Source: Spirochaetota bacterium (lineage in GTDB: Bacteria > Spirochaetota > UBA4802 > UBA5550). From it: 64,000 nucleotides of DNA. The notes under the pieces are model-generated. The model made no database searches, was not told where the DNA came from, and was given only the letters and a program-made list of their open reading frames with translations. The stretch is taken from NCBI GenBank assembly GCA_050298055.1, contig JBNKTL010000022.1, positions 1-64,000 on the forward strand, in the 5' to 3' direction. Below, piece after piece: positions 40,785 to 51,385 of this stretch (position 1 is its first letter; the number at the start of each line of letters is the position of its first letter). The position numbers were made by a program, and so were the translations under genes.

Positions 40785-41237
40785 TTATTTCCCTTTAATT
40801 TTCTCTTCCATCTTTTTGAGAAAGTCCAGAATAAAGGGATCACTCTCCTTGGCCTTTGCTTCTTTAAGTGCATCGATAGATTTTTTTGAACCTATCCTTG
40901 ATATTGACAGTACCGCCGCATACCTGACATTGGGACTTTCATCGTTGAGAAGGATACCGTTTAGAGATTCCGCAGACTCCTCCTGCCCGATATAGCCGAG
41001 GGCAATAACAGCATGAAGCCTGACATTGACTCTCTGGTCTTTTAAAAGGCCCTGTAATTTTTTTACAGCGTCCTTCTCTTTCTCTTTCCCCAGAAAATCG
41101 GCAGCTTCTACAATGACCTTCTCATCCTTTGAAGGATCAAGGTCCTTGATATAATCTTCAGCAGATTTCTTCTTATCAGCTGAAAAAGCTGAAGTCGCCA
41201 TGAATACCGCAATAAGAACAAGTGTTAACTTTTTCAT
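40785..41237 (-). CDS. Exported HEAT-repeat protein
   Basis: Signal peptide; VR..AV.ALG.IG repeats. Confidence 0.85.
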   Translation of the reverse strand: MKKLTLVLIAVFMATSAFSADKKKSAEDYIKDLDPSKDEKVIVEAADFLGKEKEKDAVKKLQGLLKDQRVNVRLHAVIALGYIGQEESAESLNGILLNDESPNVRYAAVLSISRIGSKKSIDALKEAKAKESDPFILDFLKKMEEKIKGK

Positions 41238-41448
41238 AAATAACTCCATTTGATAAAGTCAGCTGCTCCGGAATAAAAAAACAAGCTGTTTATTAATATT
41301 TCCTTGAATAAGATATAAATTCGGTATACTGTAATATTTAATTCAATGATAAGTAATATGTCAATTATTTTATTTTTTAATTGTTATTAATTCCAAAACA
41401 TAATTACCTATAGTAAAACTGAAAGCAAAAAAAATATAAGATTTGAAA

Positions 41449-41512
41449 CCGCAGATAAACGCAAATTTTTCTTAAATATCTTTTTCTGTTAATTATCTGC
41501 GTCCATCTGCGG
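41449..41512. repeat. Short inverted element built of CGCAGAT-type repeats
   Basis: CCGCAGATAAACGCAAAT ... ATCTGCGTCCATCTGCGG. Confidence 0.6.
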
Positions 41513-41648
41513 CTAAACTTCTTAATCAGTTTATAAAGTTGCAGATCATTTGTTTAGGGAATTAATACCGAAAGCAAAATATATTTGCAAATTTTCAAAT
41601 CTATTATATTTTGACATAAAAGGTTAATACCCGGTAATGGATAAAAAA

Positions 41649-41692
41649 GATAACTGATGTGTCCCCGCCGCCTTGGGCGGCAGAGACACATT
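41649..41692. repeat. REP-like family A, copy 3
   Basis: ATAACTGATGTGTCCCCGCCGCC-TTG-GGCGGCAGAGACACAT. Confidence 0.8.
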
Positions 41693-41791
41693 TCCGGCAT
41701 TTCATTAAATATGTAAATTACAGACATACAGCCGGGTAGTTACTTTACTTTATAGAATAATTTTCAGATTTAAGGAAAGAAAAAATATATT

Positions 41792-43246
41792 ATGATGACT
41801 GACAGTATAATCAATAATGATTCGGGAGAAGATTTTGAGAGTCTCCTGGAGGATTCCCTTTCAGGAGCAGACAGTTTCAGTACAGGGGACAAAGTGACCG
41901 GCAAGGTCGTGTTTATAGACAGGGAAAATGTCTTTGTTGATATAACAGGAAAGAGCGATGCGATTATCGACATTTCCGAATTCAGGGACAGCAATGATGA
42001 CCTTACAGTTAAGGAGGGAGATACTGTCCAGGCATACGTGGTCTCCATAACCGGCGGGGAGATACTCCTTACACGAGAGATCGGAAGGGGAGATGTCAAC
42101 TCTGATCTTCTTAAATTTGCCCATGCTAACACAATCCCGGTACATGGCAGAATCTCCGGTGAGGTAAAGGGAGGATATACCGTAGCACTATCCGGCTTTA
42201 ACGCATTCTGCCCCTCCTCCCAGGTTGATATTAAACCACCTGTTCGTCCCGGTGAACTCATTAATAGATCTTTTGCATTCAGGATAACCCAGCTTGAGAA
42301 GAATGGCAGAAATATCATACTCTCAAGAAGGGCCCTCCTTGAAGAATCCAGGGCGGAAAAGGCCGCCGAACTGAAAAACAGCCTGAAGGTGAATGACAGG
42401 ATAAAGGGCATGGTTTCATCCATACAGAATTTTGGAATTTTTGTGGATATCGGCGGAATTGATGCCCTGGTACCCCGGTCTGAGATATCCCGAAGCAGAA
42501 ACGCTTCTCCGGACTTTTTCAAACCGGGTGATGAGGTCACCGCCTCTGTACTCTCAATAGACTGGGAGAACAAAAGGATTTCACTGAGCATCAAACAGCT
42601 CATGCCCGACCCCTGGGAGACCATAGAGAAATACCAGCCCGGAGAGAAGGTCAGCGGAACAGTGACAAATATTATTAAACAGGGCGCATTTGTTGAGCTG
42701 GAACCGGGACTTGAAGGGTTCATTCACATTTCCCGGATGAGCAGGACAAAGAGGATAAAGGATCCCGAAAATGTTCTCTCCATAAACGATAAAGTCAATG
42801 TAAGGATCAATGAAATAAAGACAGACGAAAAAAAACTGTCACTGGAACTCCTTACCGGTGAAGCGGACCCATGGGAAACAGCAGGTGACGAAATTATTGG
42901 AAACATTGAAAGCTGTACAATAGAAGCATCGGGGCCAAAAGGACTTCACGTGAGACTTGGTAACGGTATGGCAGGTTTCATCCCGAAAGAAAAGCTCAGG
43001 GAAGCAAAAAAAGGGGATATACAGAAAATCTACAGCGTGGGATCGGCAATTAAAGCTGCTGTAACAGAATTTAATGCCGAAAACCGGAAATTAATTCTCA
43101 GTGAAACTGAAGCTGAAAAAGTTGAAATAAACAGAGAATTCAGCAATTACAGGGAAAAAAGCGGCTCAGAGGAGGGATCAACCCTCGGCGCGCAGTTCAG
43201 CGACCAGTTCTCAATTCTCAGGGAGAAGTTAAAAAAAACAGACTGA
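41792..43246 (+). CDS. Ribosomal protein S1-like multi-S1-domain protein
   Basis: About five S1 domains (FGIFVDIGG, GAFVELEPGLEGFIHIS, KRISLSIKQ..PDPW); may be an rpsA paralogue. Confidence 0.85.
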   Translation: MMTDSIINNDSGEDFESLLEDSLSGADSFSTGDKVTGKVVFIDRENVFVDITGKSDAIIDISEFRDSNDDLTVKEGDTVQAYVVSITGGEILLTREIGRGDVNSDLLKFAHANTIPVHGRISGEVKGGYTVALSGFNAFCPSSQVDIKPPVRPGELINRSFAFRITQLEKNGRNIILSRRALLEESRAEKAAELKNSLKVNDRIKGMVSSIQNFGIFVDIGGIDALVPRSEISRSRNASPDFFKPGDEVTASVLSIDWENKRISLSIKQLMPDPWETIEKYQPGEKVSGTVTNIIKQGAFVELEPGLEGFIHISRMSRTKRIKDPENVLSINDKVNVRINEIKTDEKKLSLELLTGEADPWETAGDEIIGNIESCTIEASGPKGLHVRLGNGMAGFIPKEKLREAKKGDIQKIYSVGSAIKAAVTEFNAENRKLILSETEAEKVEINREFSNYREKSGSEEGSTLGAQFSDQFSILREKLKKTD

Positions 43247-43608
43247 TGATCAAACTGAAAAGCGGCAAACATGTTGAATATAATGAGAATTTTGATATTT
43301 TTTTCATGAATCTTCTTGAAAACATTATTGCCGAAGCCAAAGAGAACCTGGATTCAGAAGAGAACTTTGAGCAGACAGGAGATTCAAAAAACGAGAGACT
43401 TGTCAGGGAGATAATGGACAACTGCATCTATGTTACCCACCAGCTTTTTGAAATTTCCCGGGAAGATGAAAACCTCTCCAAGTTCATAGTAACCGGCTTT
43501 TTATTTAATAGCATCATGCTGACCCTCACACATTCAAACCTCACGGGAAATATAATGGACGACCTTGAGGAAGAAGATTCCGGAAGTGATGACGGGACCG
43601 TACACTGA
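43246..43608 (+). CDS. Acidic hypothetical protein
   Basis: 120 aa ORF coupled to the S1 gene (TGATG). Confidence 0.7.
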   Translation: MIKLKSGKHVEYNENFDIFFMNLLENIIAEAKENLDSEENFEQTGDSKNERLVREIMDNCIYVTHQLFEISREDENLSKFIVTGFLFNSIMLTLTHSNLTGNIMDDLEEEDSGSDDGTVH

Positions 43609-43661
43609 CCTCTCCCCTGATGATACTAAAACGACCCGGAAATTATTCCTGTTATTAATTT

Positions 43662-45230
43662 TCAAGTCTTGAATTCATAGGCGTCAATCAGCCGGTAGAG
43701 TTTCTGCGTCATTGCGGTTGCCTCCTCGGTGCTTGCCGCAATTTCCTCCGCAGCAGATGAATTAGTCTGGGCCATCTGTCCGATCTCCTGTATTGCCTCA
43801 GAAATACTCCCTGTTGTTTCTAAATTAACACTGAGCAGAGACTGCATCTTTTCCGATATCTCCTTCACGTTACCCGATTCCCTGAGAACCTCCTCGTTAT
43901 AGTTCATCTGGTCTTTCATGTAGAGAGAAATTCTATTGATAAGATTACCAACAGCTGATGTGTCCCTTATAATCGAGCCGAATATATCTCTCATATATGT
44001 CAGCCGTCCCATACCATCCTCAATCTGGTTGCTGTTTGTCCGGATAAGCTGGTCAATATCCTTTATACTCTGGGCGGTCCTGTCAGCAAGCTTCGATATT
44101 TCATCGGCAACCACGGCAAATCCTCTGCCTGATTCTCCCGCCCTTGCGGACTCTATGGCTGCATTCAGTGAGAGGAGGTTTATCTGGTCCGATATGTCGT
44201 TTATCAGTCCCATTATCTTGACCATCTCCCCCGAACTGTTCTCAATGGCCGTCATGATCTCACTGGTTGATTCCAGGGCTTTTTCTCCATCCCCGATCCG
44301 CTCCGCTATTGAACCGGTAATGTTTATAGCTTCCTCTGTCTCCCTGTTAAGGGCATTGATGGACCCCGAAAGGTCGCTTACCCTTTCGGAGAGGGACCTG
44401 AACGTTGATGCCTGGGTTCCGGCATTTTCCGCGAGGATATTGATACTGGAAACATTATTACGGCTGGTTTTAAGGATTTCATCTTCCATTGATGTCTGCA
44501 CACTTATGTTGTCGGAGAGGGATGTTGTTGTTACGGACACCTCTTCCATACCTGTGGCAAGCTGGGAAGCAATGTCCCTGACATTATCAAGAAGTTCCGT
44601 TGTGGACTCAAGGTTTTTACCGGCAGTCTGCTTGCCATGCTCAATGGTTTCAATGTTTCTCCTGGTGAAGTGGGCCATGAGATACATAAAATAGGTATTT
44701 CCGGCCATAAAGAGCACTTTAGCAAGCTCCGTGGCAAACCGCAATGCCCCCGGTGTAAAGATAAGCTTTGGATCTTTAACAAAGGTAAGTCCCCCGAGTT
44801 TAACCCCCAGGGCAACAAGAGCAATATAACATGATATTGTCAGGGAACCAACAGTGAGATTGAGCCGTTTGTTAAAACGAAGGCCATGTATTATAATATA
44901 GAGAAACAAGACAGTAAATGTTGCCGGCTCCTTCACAGTCAGTCCCCAGCTGTTATGCGGATCAAAGTGAAACCCGAATTTAACAAAGCTCACGTTCAGG
45001 ACTTCAAGTATCGCGGAGCTATAGATCAGGTACACATTGATCTTTTTCATCCTGATAAAAATCTCATTCACGATAGCTATAGAATACACAACTCCGCTGC
45101 CGATAAATATTGAGATGTAGACCGATTCCGCAGAACCGGACCGTAAAGCGGAAATTGCCGAAACGAGGAAAAAGGTGGCAAAAATATATCTGATACGGTT
45201 TATGATCTTTTCTGAGACAAGTGCGTTCAT
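43662..45230 (-). CDS. Methyl-accepting chemotaxis protein with multi-TM N-terminus
   Basis: [37 protein letters not shown]; about 6 TM. Confidence 0.92.
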   Translation of the reverse strand: MNALVSEKIINRIRYIFATFFLVSAISALRSGSAESVYISIFIGSGVVYSIAIVNEIFIRMKKINVYLIYSSAILEVLNVSFVKFGFHFDPHNSWGLTVKEPATFTVLFLYIIIHGLRFNKRLNLTVGSLTISCYIALVALGVKLGGLTFVKDPKLIFTPGALRFATELAKVLFMAGNTYFMYLMAHFTRRNIETIEHGKQTAGKNLESTTELLDNVRDIASQLATGMEEVSVTTTSLSDNISVQTSMEDEILKTSRNNVSSINILAENAGTQASTFRSLSERVSDLSGSINALNRETEEAINITGSIAERIGDGEKALESTSEIMTAIENSSGEMVKIMGLINDISDQINLLSLNAAIESARAGESGRGFAVVADEISKLADRTAQSIKDIDQLIRTNSNQIEDGMGRLTYMRDIFGSIIRDTSAVGNLINRISLYMKDQMNYNEEVLRESGNVKEISEKMQSLLSVNLETTGSISEAIQEIGQMAQTNSSAAEEIAASTEEATAMTQKLYRLIDAYEFKT

Positions 45231-45335
45231 TCCTGGATTCCCCTGTAAAAATATCGTTGTACTTTATTACACCAGCCGGTTATGGGCAAGTAAAAAACGG
45301 GGAAAGACCTATTTGATTTAATTATCTTATTGCCG

Positions 45336-46283
45336 CTAAAACAAATCCAGGAACTCCCTGAACCTGCTGCTTTTCAGAAGACTTTCAAGTTTTCCGGAAA
45401 TCTCATCAACATCAGCACCTTTTCTCAGAGTAACCGCCAGCCTGAGTGCACTTCCTTCAAAGTATTCGGGATACTCAATCTCAATTAATTCGCTCTGCAG
45501 ATTTAATCTGAGTTTCTCCGCCTTTTCCTTTAAGCGGGAATATTCGGGGTATCGTAAACCATAGACCCTGTCATAGATGAACTTTTCATACTGCCTCTGG
45601 TCATTTATCTCATGTGGAGCGGGTTCCCGGAGTCCGGCATAAGCCCCCCCTTCCCTCTGAAGGTCTAAAAGCATCTCAACAAGGTCCCGGAATATATTGA
45701 CCCTTATGTTATAAGCGCTTACCCACTCCGCGAGGAGTCCCGCTGATTCCCCCGAGAGTCTGAGAAGAGACCTGATGATCTTGAAGCTGATATCCCTTTT
45801 CTCGATATACTCTTTCAACCGGGGAGGTATCTTTTCAATTTCCATGATCAATTCATTGTCCCTCAGGAAGTCATCGGGAAGCTGATATCCCTCCCTTCCG
45901 ATCTCAGAGGCCTTTGATTCATCTACACCGAAATAGTCTTTCAGAATAGCAAGGGCCCTGAGCTTTCCCAGAGGCCCGAGCTCACCCCTGGCAGCCATCA
46001 GTATAGTTTCCTTTATATAAACTTCGGAATCACTTTCATCGATTACCATTGACCTGATATTTTTTTCCTCAGGGGATGCCGCTGCTTCAATACTGTCGTG
46101 TCCGGTAAGGAGGATGAACCCTTTCCTTCCTTTTATCATGAGGGGGATAGCCAGATGGCCGAACCTCTCCAGGACCCTGGAGATTTTCTCTTCCATGAAA
46201 GGCCTTGATATCCTGAATGATGTGTCAGAGAGGTCAATATCGCCGATTTTTACCCGGATAATTTTATATTCTCTGGAACTCAT
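45336..46283 (-). CDS. Divergent ParB/Srx-like protein
   Basis: V.IGDID...FRIS...G.L..P.....ILLTGH N-terminal pattern; ATGA overlap with the upstream TPR gene. Confidence 0.55.
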   Translation of the reverse strand: MSSREYKIIRVKIGDIDLSDTSFRISRPFMEEKISRVLERFGHLAIPLMIKGRKGFILLTGHDSIEAAASPEEKNIRSMVIDESDSEVYIKETILMAARGELGPLGKLRALAILKDYFGVDESKASEIGREGYQLPDDFLRDNELIMEIEKIPPRLKEYIEKRDISFKIIRSLLRLSGESAGLLAEWVSAYNIRVNIFRDLVEMLLDLQREGGAYAGLREPAPHEINDQRQYEKFIYDRVYGLRYPEYSRLKEKAEKLRLNLQSELIEIEYPEYFEGSALRLAVTLRKGADVDEISGKLESLLKSSRFREFLDLF

Positions 46284-47860
46284 ATGATACCCGCGAGTAA
46301 ACCGCTCAACCGCTCCGGAGTAATAACTGTTACCTTGGAAAGCCTTTTAAGGGACGTTTCCGCGGGCCCGTTAAGGCCGGTGGTAGTAATAAAAAGGCCT
46401 TCTGCCGCCTTAAGATCGTTTATTGCCTGAGCGAAGTTACGAAGGGGTATTTCTCCGACCATGGTCCCTTTCCACCTTCTTACCCAGATGAGACACTTTG
46501 AGTTAGCGGTAACGGAATGGGACATGAAATCAACACCATCCGATTCCTTGTATGTATTGAGAATTTCATCCACACTGTATCCAAGCTTGAGCGCCACCCT
46601 GTTTGCGGCTATCCTGAAATTTTCCAGGTCCATGCTCATAAATCTTTCAAGTGATCCTTCAGGAGCAGCACTTTTCCCGGTAACTTCACTCCCCGCGGAT
46701 ACCGCACCTTTATCCGCACTCACCCGGGTCGTAACCCTGACATTCCTCAGGTCGATTTCATCATCACTTTTTAACCCGCATATTCTCCAGATGAAATTTT
46801 CAGGAAAAGATTCCTTCACCCAGGGTTCCACATAATCCTCCGGTGTTTCCCTGTCGGGGTCCAGTTTTTTTGTGGTTGATGTATCCATCTCCTTTCTGAG
46901 CATGGTAATGAGTTTCTTGACATCCCTGTATCCCCTGTCATGCTGATAGGCCTGGTTCCAGTATTCGTAAGCCTGCTCTGTTTTCTCTGCCTTCAATGCC
47001 GCAAAACCGAGATCATAGTAGAGTGTTGCCTGTTCATCGATCATCCGGTTCTTGCCTGCAAAATCCATGAGATCCTGGAAAGTATAGAGTGCTTCGGAAT
47101 AGAGTCCCCATTGCACCTGAATGATGCCCAAAAGCCTTCGAGCGATAAATTCCGCATTCACATCTTCAGAGTTACTGATGACCAGTTTGAGATAGTTCAC
47201 GGCTGTCTTGAAGTCCCTCTTTCTCTGAAGGGTAAAAGCCAGGGCAAGGTTCCCGATATCTGAATGAGGATCAAGCACAATGGCTTCCTTGAAATATTCG
47301 GCCGCATCATTGTTTTTCTGTTCCTGGTAGCTTGCCATGCCTGCGCCAAAGTAGATTTCAAAACTCTTTTTGGAGACTTTCACAAGCCTGTCAAAGTGTT
47401 TCCTGGCCAAATCGAAGAGTTCATGCCCCAGTGATATAAAAGAAACATGAAACAACGCTTCCCTGTCATTAGGATACAGTCCCACTATGTCCAGGTAATA
47501 CTGAAATGCCTTCTCTATCTCATCCCTTAAGAGATATGATTCGGCAAGCTTCCTCATGACTTTTACTTTTTCGACCTCAACGGTGAACTTGTTTATCCGC
47601 ATCACTTCTTCATAATGAATGACACCCTGGTCAATTTCATCATTATTGAAATACAATGTACCGAGCTTATAGTGAACCAGGAAATTGCCGGGATCTGTAT
47701 CCAGTATTTTCCTGTATTCAACAATAGCTTCGTCGGTCATATTCTGGCTCAGAAAGCTTTCTGCTTTATTCAGAGGATTTATCCTGGGAGAGAGATAATA
47801 GATGTAATAGACAATTGCTCCGAGTATGATTATTATAGGTATGAGGTAATATATAGACAT
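46280..47860 (-). CDS. Membrane-anchored TPR protein with C-terminal Mrr-like restriction endonuclease fold
   Basis: N-terminal TM, many TPRs, then FRIAANRVALKLGY...DGVDF...VGEIPLRNF...GLFITT. Confidence 0.8.
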   Translation of the reverse strand: MSIYYLIPIIIILGAIVYYIYYLSPRINPLNKAESFLSQNMTDEAIVEYRKILDTDPGNFLVHYKLGTLYFNNDEIDQGVIHYEEVMRINKFTVEVEKVKVMRKLAESYLLRDEIEKAFQYYLDIVGLYPNDREALFHVSFISLGHELFDLARKHFDRLVKVSKKSFEIYFGAGMASYQEQKNNDAAEYFKEAIVLDPHSDIGNLALAFTLQRKRDFKTAVNYLKLVISNSEDVNAEFIARRLLGIIQVQWGLYSEALYTFQDLMDFAGKNRMIDEQATLYYDLGFAALKAEKTEQAYEYWNQAYQHDRGYRDVKKLITMLRKEMDTSTTKKLDPDRETPEDYVEPWVKESFPENFIWRICGLKSDDEIDLRNVRVTTRVSADKGAVSAGSEVTGKSAAPEGSLERFMSMDLENFRIAANRVALKLGYSVDEILNTYKESDGVDFMSHSVTANSKCLIWVRRWKGTMVGEIPLRNFAQAINDLKAAEGLFITTTGLNGPAETSLKRLSKVTVITPERLSGLLAGII

Positions 47861-48048
47861 CTTACAGATTTAAACCATCAATTGATGTATCTAAGATACA
47901 TAATTTGCCGGACAAGAAGAAAAAAAACTGTATTAACCCCGATTTTTCTCCTGTTCCATTACTTAATAGATCGACATTTTTCAGAAAAGATAATAATAAT
48001 ATAAAGGGGACCGCCCGGCTATATGGCATAAAAAATGCATTTGCCAAA

Positions 48049-48098
48049 ATATCAATGATATGCCCCCGCCGCCTTGGGCGGCGGGGCATATCAGTTAT
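48049..48098. repeat. REP-like family A, copy 4
   Basis: GATATGCCCCCGCCGCC-TTG-GGCGGCGGGGCATATCAGTTAT. Confidence 0.8.
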
Positions 48099-48149
48099 GT
48101 TTTTCAGTAAATATTATTCTTTAACATAGCAGAATAGCTACGAAAATTT

Positions 48150-50354
48150 TTACCTTTTTTTCCTGATAAAGCGCACAAGGGAAGGCCAGCCATTTATGAT
48201 AAAGGAGTTGTTATACGATTTTTTTAAGATAAAGTCTTCGCCATCAACAAGTTTTACCGGAACAGGGAGTGTTATCATTATATCCGGAGGAATATACTTC
48301 GGAAGATCATCAAAAGCAAACTGGATCTCGTTGGATGTGGATTTTACCCTGAAATTGATGTTCCCAAATCTCGAGGGAGCATTATTTATGACAATCTCCC
48401 TGCCGGATTTAAACCACTCCTCATTGGGAACAGGGAAAATATCAAGACGATTAAGAGAATCAATAAACATCATGTTCCTGATAAGAGAAAACATCATTGA
48501 GGATGATGTCAGTGAAAAACCCTCACCGTAACAGCCGGTATATTTTCCCGGGTCCGCGAAATCGGGCATCATGTAACACTCCCCTCCGATTTTTTTCATG
48601 ATATCCAGTATTTCAAAAACTCTTGCATCCTTCTGAATGAGCATATTATTTGCCAGTATCAGGCTGGCCCGGGTATCAATCCCGTAGGACCTGTTAACCA
48701 GTTTTGTTCCGTTAAAATGCTCAGTCACAGTTTCTATCATCTCTTCAGTTCTTTCACTGTTTAACATGTCCATGGGAAAGGGAAATCCCGCAGCCAGGTC
48801 ATATGTGAAGTTATCACCCCAAAAAGTCTTTTCCCCGTAGTTTTCGATGTGAGAGGTAAATATCTTCTGGAACCTTTCATACTCTTTAACATATTTTTTC
48901 TCATCACTGAAAATCCCCAGACAGCGTGCGAGATATGCAAAACTGCCCAATGTGTGTGAGATAAGGACCAGATCATAGAGTTCCGGATTCCTTATAATTG
49001 AATTTTTCAGGGAATTGGTCCTGAGGCTTTCAAGATTTTTTACCCTGCCGGTGAAACTGAGAAGTCTTTCACCCAGCTCCTTCAGTTTTTTATTATAGTT
49101 CAACTGCAGGTAATCCAGATCCCTGGTATGAAGGAAATAATCAACAAAACCGCTGATCACATAGCAGATATTTATCAATTCAATGAAGCTTATCTCTTTG
49201 CTTTGAATACTGAGACAGTCAATAGCTTTATTCACCAGATGCATGGATTCATCAGAATATCCCATCCTGTTATATCCGTAGATCAGATAAAAAAGCTTTT
49301 CGGGATCAATAATCCCCCTGTTGTTGAAGAGAGAAGAATCACTGCTGTTTAAAAGGGCTATTTTTGATATGTTAAACCACTTCTCAGCCTGCTTATCATG
49401 TATTTTTATATCAATTCCCTGTGTTATCCGAATTCGGACAAATTCGGCAAAATCTTCCCTGATGCTCTTGAAATCGTAGTCACCCTGCTTAAGATTATCA
49501 GATTCATTGAGAGCGATACGGATATTAAAACTGTTTCCTCCTTTTTTAAGGCTGAACAGCGCAGCAAGTGAAGCCATCTCCTCCCTGCACGAGGTACTGA
49601 AAGAGTCGGTTTTATCGGTAATATCAATATCTCCCTCATGGGCGTTTCCGGTGAGTACAAAAGAGGGGTCCCTGTTAAGGGCAATACGCCGTCTGCCGTT
49701 TATTGCAACGATCCTGTCATTTTTATTATATTCAATAGTTTTTATCCCACCCAGATTTTCATTATCATACGGTCTTATCGCTATGATTAACCCGGAGTTT
49801 TTGCTTTTATTGATCATTTCACATTTCAGATCAATAACTGCTTCATCAACGCTTGTCCTGGCACCATAAATAACAGCTTCAAAAATGAAATCAGGTGTGC
49901 TCCATTTAAGATTCATAAAGGATGATCTGTGGTCCCGGGCAATTGCCAGGTTTCCATAGCTTCCGTCATACTTAAGGATCTTTCCTTCAATCTCCAGCCA
50001 GAACTCAAGTGACCACCTTCCATAGCTTGTGGTGAGCATCCCGGTTGGATCAATCAAAAGCTCGTCCCTGGAGAGAAGGTTTGTAAAAGGAAACCACTGT
50101 TTAAAAGAACTGTTTAAAAGAACAGGCGGTATAACCTGTTTATTATCATAGGGAAGTTTTTGCAGTCCGGTAACCCACCCGGGCCATATGAACCGGGGAT
50201 TCTTCTGGTGGACATGATAGTTACGAAGGCCTGTGAGAATAAGCTCTCTATAATCGGAAAGTTTGTTATTTTCAATATTACCTATACCAAGTTCTGTAAA
50301 ATCGATGAGACAGGTATCACTACTATTTTTCGCTTGATAAAATTTCAATGTCAA
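48150..50354 (-). CDS. Large hypothetical protein, possibly six-hairpin glycosidase-like
   Basis: 734 aa; C-terminal L.IFP.P..W...G....I.NAPS.FG.I.F pattern is typical of domains following (alpha/alpha)6 barrels; function uncertain. Confidence 0.55.
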   Translation of the reverse strand: MTLKFYQAKNSSDTCLIDFTELGIGNIENNKLSDYRELILTGLRNYHVHQKNPRFIWPGWVTGLQKLPYDNKQVIPPVLLNSSFKQWFPFTNLLSRDELLIDPTGMLTTSYGRWSLEFWLEIEGKILKYDGSYGNLAIARDHRSSFMNLKWSTPDFIFEAVIYGARTSVDEAVIDLKCEMINKSKNSGLIIAIRPYDNENLGGIKTIEYNKNDRIVAINGRRRIALNRDPSFVLTGNAHEGDIDITDKTDSFSTSCREEMASLAALFSLKKGGNSFNIRIALNESDNLKQGDYDFKSIREDFAEFVRIRITQGIDIKIHDKQAEKWFNISKIALLNSSDSSLFNNRGIIDPEKLFYLIYGYNRMGYSDESMHLVNKAIDCLSIQSKEISFIELINICYVISGFVDYFLHTRDLDYLQLNYNKKLKELGERLLSFTGRVKNLESLRTNSLKNSIIRNPELYDLVLISHTLGSFAYLARCLGIFSDEKKYVKEYERFQKIFTSHIENYGEKTFWGDNFTYDLAAGFPFPMDMLNSERTEEMIETVTEHFNGTKLVNRSYGIDTRASLILANNMLIQKDARVFEILDIMKKIGGECYMMPDFADPGKYTGCYGEGFSLTSSSMMFSLIRNMMFIDSLNRLDIFPVPNEEWFKSGREIVINNAPSRFGNINFRVKSTSNEIQFAFDDLPKYIPPDIMITLPVPVKLVDGEDFILKKSYNNSFIINGWPSLVRFIRKKR

Positions 50355-50393
50355 CCGGTTTTACTGCATTGATGGTATTGAAAACAGTTCACG

Positions 50394-50738
50394 TTATTGA
50401 GACTTAAATGATTCAAGAGCTTCTTCTTCTGTTTTGTATATGTCAAACATATCCATCAGCTCAACTACTTCAAATATTTTTTTTACTGAACTGTTCATGT
50501 TGCTGAGCTTGAGAAGCTTATGAGACTCTTTGAGTATCCTCATTGTTGATACAAAAATCCTCAGGCCGGAACTACTCATGTACTCAACATCTTTAAGGTT
50601 CAAAAGCATATGAAAATCGGAATTATTCTTTAACAGGTCATTAATTCCATTTTCAATATCAGATGAATGATGAATATCCAACCTGCCCTCTAAATAGATT
50701 ATGATAACATTGCCTTCTTTTCTTGTTTTAAGCTCCAT
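50394..50738 (-). CDS. STAS-domain anti-sigma factor antagonist
   Basis: GRLD, YMSSSGLR phospho-Ser motif, VKKIFE. Confidence 0.92.
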   Translation of the reverse strand: MELKTRKEGNVIIIYLEGRLDIHHSSDIENGINDLLKNNSDFHMLLNLKDVEYMSSSGLRIFVSTMRILKESHKLLKLSNMNSSVKKIFEVVELMDMFDIYKTEEEALESFKSQ

Positions 50739-50833
50739 ATGAACTCCAATCCTAAATATTCTCGAATTACATTATTAAATAAAACATGCAAATAAATCAA
50801 TAACAATTTGTAACTGCTCAGCTATTTATCCCC

Positions 50834-51352
50834 TTATTCTTTTCCATCATGGGCCTGCTTTTTGGTAATAACAAGGCCTATTGCCGTCAGGAGAAAAATA
50901 AGGGTAAATACTATGCCAAGAAAAACGACAGCTCCATGAATTCCCCTTGTTGCTGCCTCGTTTGAAATAATTTTCCCCGTTTCCTCAACAACCTGCCTGT
51001 GAATTATTATCCGGAAAACCCCGTTATACATATATAACACACCTGCAAGGAGCGGAAATGCCAGTCCGTTGTAATAAATAAGCCCCCTGTATTTCAACGG
51101 ATCGAAAAGGGGCATGACCATGGCAAGGCCGGATGTAAAGACAAGGGCTGAAAATCCCCTGGATATATAATAAAGCGGTGCCACAAGCTCATTGTCCCTG
51201 ACCAGGTCAAGCCAGTTCTCAGAAACATTTTCCGCAAACAATTCCAGCACAACAAGAGGTTTTACATACATAACCAGGCCAATTATTATATAAATAACTC
51301 CTGTAATAAGCACCACAGCCTGCAAATAATTTGTGGATTTCGATCTCATCAA
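50834..51352 (-). CDS. Hypothetical 4-TM membrane protein
   Basis: Four hydrophobic segments; AGGAG RBS. Confidence 0.75.
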   Translation of the reverse strand: MMRSKSTNYLQAVVLITGVIYIIIGLVMYVKPLVVLELFAENVSENWLDLVRDNELVAPLYYISRGFSALVFTSGLAMVMPLFDPLKYRGLIYYNGLAFPLLAGVLYMYNGVFRIIIHRQVVEETGKIISNEAATRGIHGAVVFLGIVFTLIFLLTAIGLVITKKQAHDGKE

Positions 51353-51385
51353 AAACTCTCCTGAATAATATATGATTCTGCTCTC

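Noticed and set aside
41770..42723. 317-aa minus-strand ORF
   Set aside because: Antisense shadow of the S1-domain gene. The same applies to long antisense ORFs such as 8002..8757, 23384..24085, 43936..44694 and 53378..54031
47862..48129. ORFs 47862..48089 (-) and 47905..48129 (+)
   Set aside because: They overlap each other across the GC-rich family-A palindrome and have no recognisable protein features
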